A program made the translations under genes and the position numbers. A stretch of DNA of 64,000 nucleotides from Moniliella sp. 'wahieum' (Eukaryota): NCBI GenBank assembly GCA_003971905.1, contig RSEE01000039.1, positions 186,001 to 250,000 on the forward strand. The letters run 5' to 3'. This document shows, piece by piece, positions 48,481 through 59,810 of this stretch (positions are counted from its first letter, which is position 1; each line of letters begins with the position of its first letter). The notes beneath the pieces are model-generated. The model saw only the letters and a program-made list of their open reading frames with translations. It made no database searches and was not told the origin of the DNA.

Positions 48481-51241
48481 TTATGCCGTTTCAGGAGAGA
48501 AGCGAGCGTGCACCGTTTGCTTATCCGCCACTCGTTTGAGCAGGCAAATGTCCGCCCACTTGCGGCCAAAGGGACCCAAGATCTCCTCTGGTAAGGGGAT
48601 GAAGAAAGCACGCCCAAACGCGGCGGCCGCACGAGCAAACACGCCACTTCCCTCGGGGGCCACAGTTGCATCTCGGTCCAGCATGAAGTCGCACTTGACT
48701 GTGGCGAACAGGTCGCGATGGTCCGATGCGTACGCGGTCGAGGCTCCCGAACCAGGCGACGACTCCTTCGACACGCCGCGGGACGGGGTAAAGTCCGTGT
48801 CGACAATATAGTCGCACTCCCAGGGGGGGATGGTACGGCCCTCGACAGGTTCGTTCAGCGCGTTGGCCAACCCGTCTTGGGCTCGCGTCGCAGGGTTGGG
48901 CCAGTACTGGTCAGCCCGAGCCAAGAGACCCGCCGCCAGCGGATCTTCTTGGAACGACGGCCAGGTTGCCCCACCTTCCACCTGCGGCGCAAAGTGGCCA
49001 GGGAGCTGGTGCTCGTACGAGTTCCACGTCCATTCCGGAGCAAAGTGCGGCGGAAGCAACCAGCGCCCGGGATAGCGGTGCCATGCATCGCCCCAGCACA
49101 CAGTCCGGCGCGGACCGCGCGCCCCATTAGACACGGACGTCTCGTTGACACGTTCCAGCAGCGCCACCAACACACGACGCATCTCCCCCGTGTATTCCAG
49201 GTAGGCCGCCTCGTTGATCGCCTCAAGATCGGTGAGACCATGCATCTTGGCCACCTCGGCCTGGGACGGGGGCAGCCAGTTTGGCACCTCCACCCCGCTT
49301 CGGCCAACACAGCCTGCCCTTCGCTCTCCCAGAGGGGGGCAATGATGGATTGGGGAGTACTGTACCCCTTCCGCACGCCCATCACTCTTGAACCGCTCAA
49401 CAAAGCATACACGGCCAATACGCCATAGGCAAACTTGAGCGTAGGAGTCAGCTTCCTGTACCAGGGCTTAGCGGCCTCCTGCTCCTGCTCTTGCTCCTTG
49501 AACTGGCGGAGAATAGTGCGTGGCTGCTCGGGCGGTGCAGGGGAAAGTGATTGCAGTAGGACAAAACTTTGGGCCAAGCGGCCGCAAAGAGGCGTGAGGC
49601 GAACCAGAGCCCGACCGCGGCGTTAAACGCAAGCAGAGTAGATAGATGGGGTAGAGGAACCGTTCCTCCTTGTGTGCCTGCAGTACCATCGCAAGTAGCC
49701 AAAGGTAGGGACCAGAGAGGCGGATCAGAAGCACAGCCACGGTGCTCTTGCGTCCACCAGGCGTAGTGTTAACCAGGACCCGGGGGATCAAAGCGGCGGC
49801 GACCAAAACGAGAGGAACAGAGCCAAGGCCAGAGGGAGAAGAATGTTGAAGCGAGCACGAGAGAGTACGGACATAGAACGAGGCGGGTCGGTGCCATACA
49901 GGTCGGGACCTGCTGCGCTCGAAGGCACAGATGCTAGGCCGGCAGCATGGTTCACAAGGCGCTAATTAGAGAACCGTACACACCCAGCCAGCGCAAGGGC
50001 GAATCGGCATCAGGAAGAGGAAGTGTGGCCAGGTCGTCCAAGGTGCGGTGGAATACGTTGTAGAGCACAATGTTGGCCGAGCCAAGGGCGGTACGACCAT
50101 AAGCGAGCGTATCTACAAATGTGGTGGGAACAATAACCACGACCGCGGCAAGCAGGCCAACGAGAGCCAACACGACAGCTCGCACCAGCGATGCCGGAAT
50201 GAACTCGCCCACGTTGTTGCGGGCGTAGACAAGCAGCATGGGACGTAGAACCAACTCTTCTGCCACAAATGGGAGGATCAAGACGGAAGCAAAGGGCCAT
50301 CCCAGGACACCGCCCATCGCAAAGGCAAAGACAACTTTGAGTACCCGCCCAACACTGCCGTTGGCAAACGGCGGCCCATCTGCAGGGCGCAGGAAGGCAG
50401 CCCAGGCAAATGTGACAAAGTACATTGCATACGACGACGGAAGCAAAGCTAAGACAAAAGCATGTCAACATCACAACCACAACGTGAGTAGAAGAAAGAA
50501 GAGCAGACATACCAGGAGCAGCGTCAAATAGAGCAGCGTTGGCAAAGAGAATGACCAGAAGGTACTGGGCCACCCGGTTGCCCAGAAGAGCACGAGTCGA
50601 CTGGTAGAGGAAGCCTTCCCCCAAGGCGGAGAGGAAGGCGAGGAAAGCGCGGAGCGTAATGAACACATTCTGGTCGGGCATGTCAAACCCGGCCGCATAA
50701 GGACGGAGGGGCAAAAACTGGACCAAGTACGCCCAGGAGCGGAGGGCAAAGCTGGAATCGTACTCCCCGCCTTGAAAGGAGGGGTGTTGTCTTTCGTGTA
50801 CACCTCTCCACGCATGAGGGCAAAGAGAGGGTCCCAATAGTTGAGCACCTCGTCGCTGTCAGCCAAAACGCGGAGCGATGCACTGGCGATGCGAACAATG
50901 AGAAGCACTTGGATCGCCCAATGCAGATCGGGAGCCCAGATTTTGGCGCCATTCGACACGGTATACTTCGTCGATGACCAAAGGCAGGTAGACGGTACCC
51001 TGCCGGCGGGCCTCGGCAGCACGACGGGCATCGGCCAAGTCAGCAGCAGCAGCCTTGGCGCGGCCGATGCGCTTGCTCATGTCCCCGAGCCATAGTCGGC
51101 AAACTTGGGGGCGATCTCTGCCTTGGCGGAGGCCTTGGCGGGGGCGGGGTGGCGGGCCTTGCCTTTGCCCTGGGCCTGGTCCTTGCTGTCGGCAGCAAGG
51201 CCGACGTCGCGCTTGCCCGCAGGAGCAGCGGAGGCAGACAT
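48481..51241 (-). CDS. ALG9: Dol-P-Man-dependent alpha-1,2-mannosyltransferase (GT22)
   Basis: ADSDEVLNYWDP, EY..SFALRSWAY, LLPSSYAMY, LGWPF, NIVLYNVF, GPDLYGT, QAHKEERFLYPIY, VCWGDAWHRYP, CDYIVD. Intron 50449-50512. Frameshifts. Confidence 0.93.
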
Positions 51242-51856
51242 GGATGGAGGCAGAGAGCGTCGCGACCGCTCGCCCGGTTGCCTGTGGCGCGAGAGGCGAG
51301 GCGAGAAGAGGCGTCACGTGCAGGCGACACGCTGGCGTGGTGTCGTCATGGCGGATGACGATGACGGCTGCATTGCATCACCCATCCACCGGGCGGCCGA
51401 CGGGCTCCGTGCCGACACGCGCATCATGACGTGTGCGACGCGTGACGCGCGCCGGTGCGCTTGTGGCCCAAACCAGCCCGGCCTGCCAGCGCACGCCCAG
51501 CACAACCCTACGTCCGAAGCCCTAACCCCGAACGCCGAGCGGAAGCTGAGCTCAGCCACGCACCTTGCGTCTGCCCGAGCGGAATGGACACCCGCGCTGC
51601 GATCATCGATCCACGTCCCATGGCTGAGGCGCGGGAAGACACCTCGCTTGGCCGCATTGAAATTGCAACTGCCGTCCGAACTCCCGCATTGTAAATGGCC
51701 CTGCCTCTGCGGCCGCACAAAGCAGCGTGCGTGCTGCCAAGACGCGCTCCTCTGGGTGAACAGCACTGGCCACCAGATTGAGAAGCTCCCCCCCCATTCG
51801 GCCTGCTGTGCACGCATTGCCTCCCCCCCCCGCCTCGCCTCCTTGTTTTGTGCAGC

Positions 51857-52882
51857 ATGGCCAAGAAAGGGAAGAAAAAAGCCAGCCAGGCCAAGAAGGA
51901 GGAGCTGCCGCCTCTGCCCGACATGGACGGGGACGTGGCTTCGACCTGGCCGACGAGCTCCTGGCGGCCCTAGACGCTGGCAAGACGCAGCCCCAACCGC
52001 AGGAGGACAAGCCAGAGGGGGCGCATCCGTCCCTCCCCAGGTACGTTATCACGTCCACCCTCTTTTCCAGCTCCCGCTTCAGCCCTGCCAGTCCGCTTAC
52101 CTTGTTTGCTTTCACGTGTGTTCGATCCATCCAGGAGCCTAGCCAGCCTACTTCTACTCCTCCATTACTGCTCCCACCGAAGAGGTCAATCCAACTGGGG
52201 CTGTAGAAGTGAGCAAGATTCCCATGGCGCTCCAAGCGGAAAGAAAAAGTCCAAGGCCAAGCAACGACTGGAAAAACGTGCGGCGCAGGAGGCGGCGACC
52301 CGTGCTGCTGCCGAGAAGGAAGTGGCCGACCTGCGCGCCAAGAACGGCATGGACCCTGCCGAACGGGAACGGAAGGAGATGGAATGGAAGTGCAAGAATC
52401 TCAATGTGGACATGATTGAGATCCAGCCTGATGGGCATTGTCTTTACGCCGCGGTCGCCGACCAGCTCAACGCGCTAGCCAAAGCGGACTCTGCCAAGGC
52501 TGGCCGGAACCCTGACTTGACCTACAAGGACACGCAAGGCCGCTGCTGCCACCATGCGGGCCGATCCTGATTCGTACTTGCCCTTTATCGATCCAAATGA
52601 GAAGTTGGCGGGTCTTACCGACGCTAGTATTAGTACTGATCCGGCCAAGTTTTTCCAAGCCTACTGCGATGCGGTGGAAAACTCGGCTGTGTGGGTGGTC
52701 AGTTGGAAATCCTCGCATTGTCCCGGGCCTATCAAACGCCCATGGTCGTTGTACAGGCTGAGACAACCCCTCTCAAGATTGGGGAAGAGTTTAGCTCTCC
52801 GCCCGCTTACATTGCCTACTACCGCTCCGCCTACGGCCTAGGAGAGCACTACAATTCTCTACGCCCTCATCAGCCTGCGTAA
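51857..52882 (+). CDS. OTU2: OTU-domain deubiquitinase (Otu2/OTUD6-like)
   Basis: MAKKGKKK start, KSKAKQRLEKR, catalytic IQPDGHCLYAAVADQL, WGGQLEILALS, YYRSAYGLGEHYNSLR. Intron 52041-52134. Confidence 0.95.
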
Positions 52883-53262
52883 GCCATCGCGGTGCCCCTT
52901 GATCCACTTCCTTTGCTGGCTTTGGGGTTCGGTACTCAGCCTAAACGTAACACTCGATCCGTAAGCATCTAGACTGGTGCATTACTGGCGCATTGCATTA
53001 GCAGTATCGTTCCTGGTGTGGGGTCACGATAATGTCATAGCCAACTCCACAGATCAAGATCGCGTGGGATGTGGCGGAGCGGCAGCACTCAGCCTCATGT
53101 GGCAGCAGGCAAATATTCCCAGCGTTTAATAACGAACCTAATAACGACCGTACCTATATATCAAGTACACCACACCAATGCGTCTCCCTACCGTCCTTTT
53201 CCCTTGGTTCCCCGCTCCGGACCTACAGTACCCACACCACCTTTGAACCCCGCAACCGAAGT

Positions 53263-55045
53263 ATGCCTGCTCTTGCTCGTTCATTGACGGTACAGGTGAT
53301 GCGGCCGGCCAATCGCCAGTGGGCCCGCTTGGCGGCCTTGGTGGGTGGTGCGCTCGTAGCACTGAGTGCCGGGAGCAACTACGCCTTTTCGACGTTCGCC
53401 CCGCAACTTCAAGCGGCCCTGCACCTCACCTCGACCCAAATCAATCTGATCGGCCTAGCAGGCAACATGGGCGTGTACCTCTCTGGCCCGATTTGGGGTA
53501 CGTGGATTGACAAGCATGGTCCCTCGGGTGCCCTCTTCGTCGCTTCGGGTCTCGTCGCGCTTGGGTACGGTGGTCTGTCCTTCTATGCTCCGGGCAGCTG
53601 TCGAAATCATACATGGCGATCGCCCTGGCTGAGCCCTCTCCACAAGTGGGAGCGTGGCAAGTTGTCGGTCCCGTCTTGTTTTCCTGCGCTACCGGTTTGG
53701 GCAACTCGGGAGCCCTGGCTGCGAGCTTGAATGTCCAGGCCAAGTCTTGGGGTGGCAACCGGCGGGGCACAGCGACCGGGATTGTGCTGGCTGGATTCGG
53801 ATTGAGTGCCGCGTTCTACTCGGCCCTAAGCTCTGCCTTCTTTTCCGAAAGCGCTCGTGCCTACCTACGCGCCATGGCCCTCATCCCTTTTTCACTTTTC
53901 TCGCTGGCATCTTCATCGTCCGCATCCACCCTCCGGATCAAGACCCTCGTGCCACCCCGCCTTCCAACTCCCAGGTGGGGGTAGAACAAGGACCGATGCA
54001 CGATGTTGCCCCCGGCTCTGATCAGGTCAGCCTCGCCTCCGCGCACGCACCACATCGGAGATGAGCCCTGCCTTGGTCGGAGGGTGTTTCAGCTGCACCT
54101 CATCCTCCTAGCGAAGAGGCGAGACAGGACCACGCCATCCTGCCTGCTGGCGATATGGAAGTCGCAGGAAGTTACGGCACGATGGATTCAGCGGCTCCAC
54201 CAATACGGCCCATCACGAGCCGGAGACCGAACCAAGCACAGCCGTATCGGGCTGGCGCCTGTTCTTGGAGTCGGATTTCATCCTGCTCTTTGTTGTCATG
54301 GCCCTCTTATCCGGAGCTGGTTTAATGCTGATCAACAATGTGGGAACCATTACGCGCACGCTATTTTGGTCGGAACTCAAACGTCCCAAGGCATGGATGG
54401 GAGGGAACGAAGGAACAATCTCGTTGATGGAGGAACCTTCACATGTGATGGCTCTGACAGGCGTACATCTCTTCAAAAAGGGGAAAAAGCGGGCGGGCCG
54501 CGAAGCCGAGGTACACCGCCTCCAAGCACAGCAAGTCAGTGCCATCTCCATTGGCAATGCAATCGGACGGATTGCGATTGGGGTGCTGGCCGACTGGGCC
54601 GTCAGCATGGCGCATGGTCAGGGGGTCGTTCGGGTGTGGCTGTTGATTGTGGTGTGCTTGGCAGTGACATCTCAAGTCTTTGCGGCCGTCCGGGGGGTTG
54701 TCACGACGGTGTCGATGCTGCTGATGCTAAGCAGCGTGACGGGGCTGATGTATGGCACCTTGTTTGGTCTTTGCCCTTCTCTCGTGCTCGAATTCTTTGG
54801 CCTGGCCCATTTCAGCGGCAATTGGGGGGTGTTTGCAAAATCTCACCGGTTGTGGCGGGAATGTGTTTAATCTGCTGTTTGGTCGGGTGTACGACCAACA
54901 TGCGCGTCAATCCCCGGGCTCGGACGTTTGCCTACAAGGAGCAGAGTGTTACCGGTCTACATTCGTTGTCACTGCTTGGGGCTCAGTTATGGCTTGCATC
55001 TTGGCTTCTGCCCTGATCTGGCGACGCGGCCGATTGAACCGTTAA
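53263..55045 (+). CDS. MFS transporter, Mch1/nodulin-like
   Basis: ALSAGSNYAFSTFAPQL..LHLTSTQINLIGLAGNMGVYLSGPIWG.WIDKHGP, RGTATGIVLAGFGLSAAFYS, GAGLMLINNVGTI, QVSAISIGNAIGRI, EFFGLAHFSGNWG, GGNVFNLLFGRVYD..C.QGAECY. Confidence 0.92.
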
Positions 55046-56016
55046 GAAAAACGGGTTGTCACACACCACCGGTCTCGTCGTCGCCTCTGATATCTCCATA
55101 CTTCTCCCTGTCTGATTCCGTCCTGATTTTGCTTCGATTGTCCCTCCCGCCCACAAACTTCAGCCCTTCTCAGGCCTCTCGTGATTGAAGACCATTCACA
55201 TCAGGTCCACCATGAGGGGGGTGCATTCTGCTACACACCCTCCTCTCCATGAAAAAACAAAATACCTATATATGTTTGATCTTTCTCCCCTTTCCCGCTG
55301 ATATGAGATTCCATATAGGTGAGTATATAACAGCAGACAAGGGGACTTCGGCTTTGGCACACCGCAGGGCTGCTGCCTCTCTCCCCGAGAAGGTATAGCC
55401 TCTGATATGGGTGTGTAGGGGCTCTAAATTAATACACCACGAGACAGGTTCGCAGCCTCTCTCCCTCTCTCTTATACCTATTGCGACTAGGGACTAATAC
55501 TAGTGAGATCTGAGAAGAACTAGTAAGACCTCAAGTGAGGCCTTCTGAGGCGCTGAGGCATCAGCGTGATGGAGGAGATGTCAATCGTTGCAGCGGTACG
55601 AAGAGCTCATGGGGCTGTCGGGGCCGGATGACTGTGTTGGAGTCAAGATTGATCTGGACAAGCGCCCCCAGGGTCTGTGTGAAATCGGCAGCATTGGGTG
55701 GATGGGGAATTGGATGATGGCGAACCGACTCTGCAAGATTCTCAGCGCAGAAGGTGCGGGGCCCGCTGTAGCGTCGGGAAAAGGAGACAGAGGGCAAGGA
55801 CTATTAGTCCCTGTACGTGACCGCCGCATGTCATGCTCATGCATGCCGCCACCCCCACATGTGTCACACGACCGGCGACGCAGCAAGAATCAAGTAATCG
55901 ATGATCGATGCTCTGGATAATCTCCGCAGCTTGTCTCATTCCGCCCGCCCACATGCGGGGAACACCGACGGCACTCGGACGGAGCACTGCGTTGCCACGT
56001 GATGCGGATGCAGGCG

Positions 56017-56044
56017 ATGCATGGTGCATGATGCATGATGCATG
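56017..56044. repeat. Period-7 (ATGCAT-G)n array
   Basis: ATGCAT-G-GTGCAT-G-ATGCAT-G-ATGCAT-G. Confidence 0.9.
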
Positions 56045-56547
56045 GTGGGCCGCCGGGTGGCGTGGCAGGGGCACTGTGTGCTGTGTGCTCGTGGGGTGCT
56101 GAGGCTGGGACCGGTGAGCCAGTGCGGCCTGCGGCTGAGGCGCTGAGGCACTGAGGGAAGGCTGTGCGGCTGAGGCTCAGCAGTTCAGGCGCTCAGGATG
56201 CAGGACTGCTATTTAGCCGGGTTCAGCCCAAAGGGCGGGGAGGGTGGGGCGGTGGTGGGGCACTAGAGCGCAGGGTGTGACCTGTGCGTGGGGGCTGGTC
56301 AGTGGCTGGGCCGGCGGGCCGCAGATGCCACACTGGGCCAGCTGCGGCCTGCGACGGGCCAGCGGCCGTGTGGAATCAAGAACACGCCCAGGCGGGGCTC
56401 CTCGGCTCCTCGGCTGCTGCGCCCTGGCCCACGCACGCACGCCCACGCTTCGGCGTTTATGTTGGTGGATGCGGCGGCACTGGCCCACTGACGCCAGCCC
56501 GCACCCGGCGGTTATCTGGTCGGGTGAGGCCGGACAGCGCTCAGCGG

Positions 56548-56607
56548 GCCCATCATGCATCACCCATCATGCATCACCCATCATGCATCATGCATCATGC
56601 ATCATGC
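56548..56607. repeat. Period-7 (ATGCAT-C)n array, about 8 units
   Basis: ATGCAT-C-ACCCAT-C-ATGCAT-C-ACCCAT-C-ATGCAT-C-ATGCAT-C-ATGCAT-C-ATG. Confidence 0.95.
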
Positions 56608-56749
56608 CCCAATTCGGCCCAATCTGGGCGCAACGGGGCTGCGGTGGCAATAAAAGAGCGCCCCAAGCCTCTTGACATTTCCTTTTTCTCGTCCACATCC
56701 CTCCCTCTGCTTTCTCCCGCATCGCCTCTCGGCGCCACCCGCAAGACCC

Positions 56750-59166
56750 ATGGACGTGCTCAGCGCACTCCCCTTTGACGTTGCCTGCGACGTGTTCGCC
56801 TGCGGTGTGCTGTCCCCCGCCGACGTGGCGGTTGCTGCTCGTGTCTCCAAGGCCTGGTACGCCATTGCCCTGTCCGAGCCTGTCTGGTACCAAATCGCCA
56901 AGCGCCACCACCTCCTTCCCCCCCCTCTGCCCCCGCCCAAGGCCCCCAAGCCTGCATCCGCGAGCACGACGAGACCGGTGCTTTTGCCTCTGTCCGCTCT
57001 TGGCGCACCCTCGTTTCCCTCCGCCACGCCCTAGCCCGCCAGTGGGGTACCGGCCTCGCCCGCAACGCCCGCGTCCCTGTCCCGTTGCCGGCGGTCCGTC
57101 ATGTCGTCTCGCTCTATGGCCCTCAGCCCTCCGATGCAACCATTGGAGGCCCGTCGGAGGAGCTTGTTGCCACGTTCCGTGAGTGCATCGCTCGCAACCG
57201 CCTCCAGCGCCACATCCTTCCCTTGCCCCGCCACCAGGCCCTGTTGGTGCCGGGTGTCCAAGGCGACGCCTGGGTCGTAGACACCCAGTCCCAAGAGCTT
57301 CTCTGGGGTGCCCCGCCTCCCGCCCCTCCTGCACAGCTGGACAATGACACGCTGGCTGCGGCTGCAGACCAGGCTCCCACTTCCCCCCTCGTCGCTTCTG
57401 TTGACTCGGATGGTGATCAGTTCATTCTCACTTCTCATGTCTGGGGCTTGGATACTTGCCAACTTGACGTCTTCCGTGCCCACGATGCATCTGGTCACGC
57501 GGCTACTTTGTACACATGGGGGAACTTCCCATGCCCGAGGGGCTGGAACACAGCTACCACAACATGCTGAAAACACATGCCACTTCGGCTGCCATCTTGG
57601 CCGGGGGCGAACGTTTGTCGAATGGGACCTGGAGAGCATGGAGTGCACCAATACCATTCTCGTTGCCGACACGCTCTCGCCTGCTCTGGGGACCTTCACG
57701 CCCCGGTCGTTTGACTATGACGACCAGTATATTTACCTTTCTGCTACCCTCCTCCCCTTTGGAAGGCAAGGTTGGCCGCCTGCTACCTGGGATGACCTTT
57801 TTGTCATCCGTCGTCCCCAGAAGCAAGGGAAGCCTCCAAGTTAGTGTGGTCCCTTGGAGAGGCAACTGCTTCTGGCTCGCTCCTTGGTTCCGACCCTACC
57901 GTTTGGGCAGCTGTATTCGACTCGCCCCCCCTCGTCCGAGATGGCCCCAGAGGCACGGATTGTTCAAGGTCCTCCTGTCGGTCGCATGACCCCATTGGAT
58001 ACTGTATTTGCTCGTGACGCCACAAACGATGCGATCTTGATCGCCACTGGCCGTGGGGTTCTGATTATTCGAGGCTGTTCCTCCCTCTTCAGTTCCCTTA
58101 ATAAAGCAGAGGGGGACGAAGAAGATGACAGGTCTGAAGCGTCCGCGCCATCGCCGCCTTTGGTGGCGATGCTGGATTTCGGCACTGATGACGAGTCTGG
58201 AGGCGTGCCAACTCACTGGCCTGGGCAGGCCACGCTCAGCTATCTCTGTGCGACGGCCGGGGGCTGTACGTCTCTCCTACCGGGCGTACCCTGCTTGTGG
58301 ACTATCAAAAGCTGTCAGTCCCAGCCAAGTTCGCGTGCTGGATATGAGTGCAGCCAAGCGGCCCTTTGGACCCAAGACCAACTGTCCCGTCCCCTTTGCA
58401 CCTATCTCGCTCGCCTGCCCCCCTCCGTCGGCACCAACGCCCCTTCCCTTGGCACCTGCCCCCTCTGGGCGTACCACTGCGCCCCCTACGCCCGGCCCTG
58501 CAGCCTCAACTCTGGCGCTAGCTATGACGCAGCGTCGCCCCTCGATGCAGCCCTTGTCGCGGCGTCCTTCGTTTGCCTCGGTCTCCCGACGGGCGTCGCG
58601 CTCGGTATCTCGCCGTCCATCGGGGTTGGCACCGGCTCCCTTGGCTGCTCTGCGCGCCATGGCGGCTGGGACGGTGAAGGAAGACATTGGGCCCAAGGGC
58701 AAGGTGCGCCAATTTACCCTCAACCCCGATCTGAGGGTCAGGCCGCTGCGACCGACTTGAGCCTATCGCTCTACCGTGCCGCTCAGGATCGCATGTTCCA
58801 GCGCCTGTACGGCATCCTGCCCGGTCGACCTTGCGCTGCGGTGGCCCTGACGCCCAGCGCAGCCTACCTGTTCAGCGTCCGGGTCGATGGCCACCCTGCT
58901 CGACATGGGTGGTACAGGTATGGGACTTGGCCTCGTCTGCCTTGTTAGCTGTCGACCCCTCTGCTGCAGCCCGGGCCTTGTCTTCCCGCACGTCCTTTCC
59001 CCTATGGACGTGGATACCTATTCCATCCGCGCCCATCCCACCAGGCAGGTGCGCCGGCCGCTCCGACCCCCCTGCCAGCCCAAGGACAGGCGGATCGGCT
59101 CCCTGGGCAGGAAACGCCGATCCTTCTGGGGGCCTAACTGTGGCTTGTCCCTCTCTCGACGACTGA
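56750..59166 (+). CDS. F-box protein with divergent beta-rich C-terminal region (fragmented; end approximate)
   Basis: N-terminal MDVLSALPFDVACDVFACGVLSPADVAVAARVSKAWYAIALSEPVWYQI is a typical F-box. Downstream pieces have propeller-like strands (RTFVEWDL, AVALTPSAAYL, VVQVWDL). Confidence 0.8.
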
Positions 59167-59336
59167 TCTGATGTCCGTTTACTGCAAGAACTTTAACTCT
59201 TTTCGCCATTAAACAAGACTGTTTCCCCACCCCTGTTCGCCGCTTATCCCTCTTGGTCGATACCCTGCTATCACTTCTTGGCCTCCCGTCGCCTCGTCCC
59301 CTTGTTGATGGGTTGCCCCCTCATCTAAACGCTTTC

Positions 59337-59375
59337 GTATATCGCCTTTGTATATCGCCTTCGTATATCTCCTCT
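59337..59375. repeat. 13-bp tandem repeat, 3 degenerate copies
   Basis: GTATATCGCCTTT GTATATCGCCTTC GTATATCTCCTCT. Confidence 0.85.
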
Positions 59376-59810
59376 TGTCGCATATGAACCTGTCTCTTGT
59401 TTCTCGATGCATTTTGCTGCTGTTTCGATTCTCAAGCCTGAGGCCTGACATAGCTCCTGACATAGCTCCTAGTTGGTGGGTGCAGTGTGGTGTGGGTGCG
59501 GAATCAAGTGCGTATGACGTAGATGGGTGACAGCCTGACGTAACCACGCAACGCGTAACCGCGGCTTTTTCGTGTCGTTTTCGTTCGGCAGCGTCTGAGT
59601 GAGTCGGTCGAGTCAGCCGGCCTCGCCACCGCAGAACGCCCTTCGCGGAGCGCATCCCCTCGGCCTGGAGCAGCGCCCCGCCTCTAAAGGCAGCCCATGC
59701 CCCCTGTGTGTGCCCGCACACTCTTCTCCCACCTCCGCTCCTCCACCTGCCGGCCCAGCTGCCCCTCCTCCGCCGTCTGCTCTGCCTGCCCGCCCCCTGC
59801 CGCCCCCACC

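Noticed and set aside
51105..52142. 345-aa plus-strand ORF spanning the ALG9/OTU2 promoter
   Set aside because: Composite of ALG9 antisense, promoter and off-frame OTU2 sequence; no domain.
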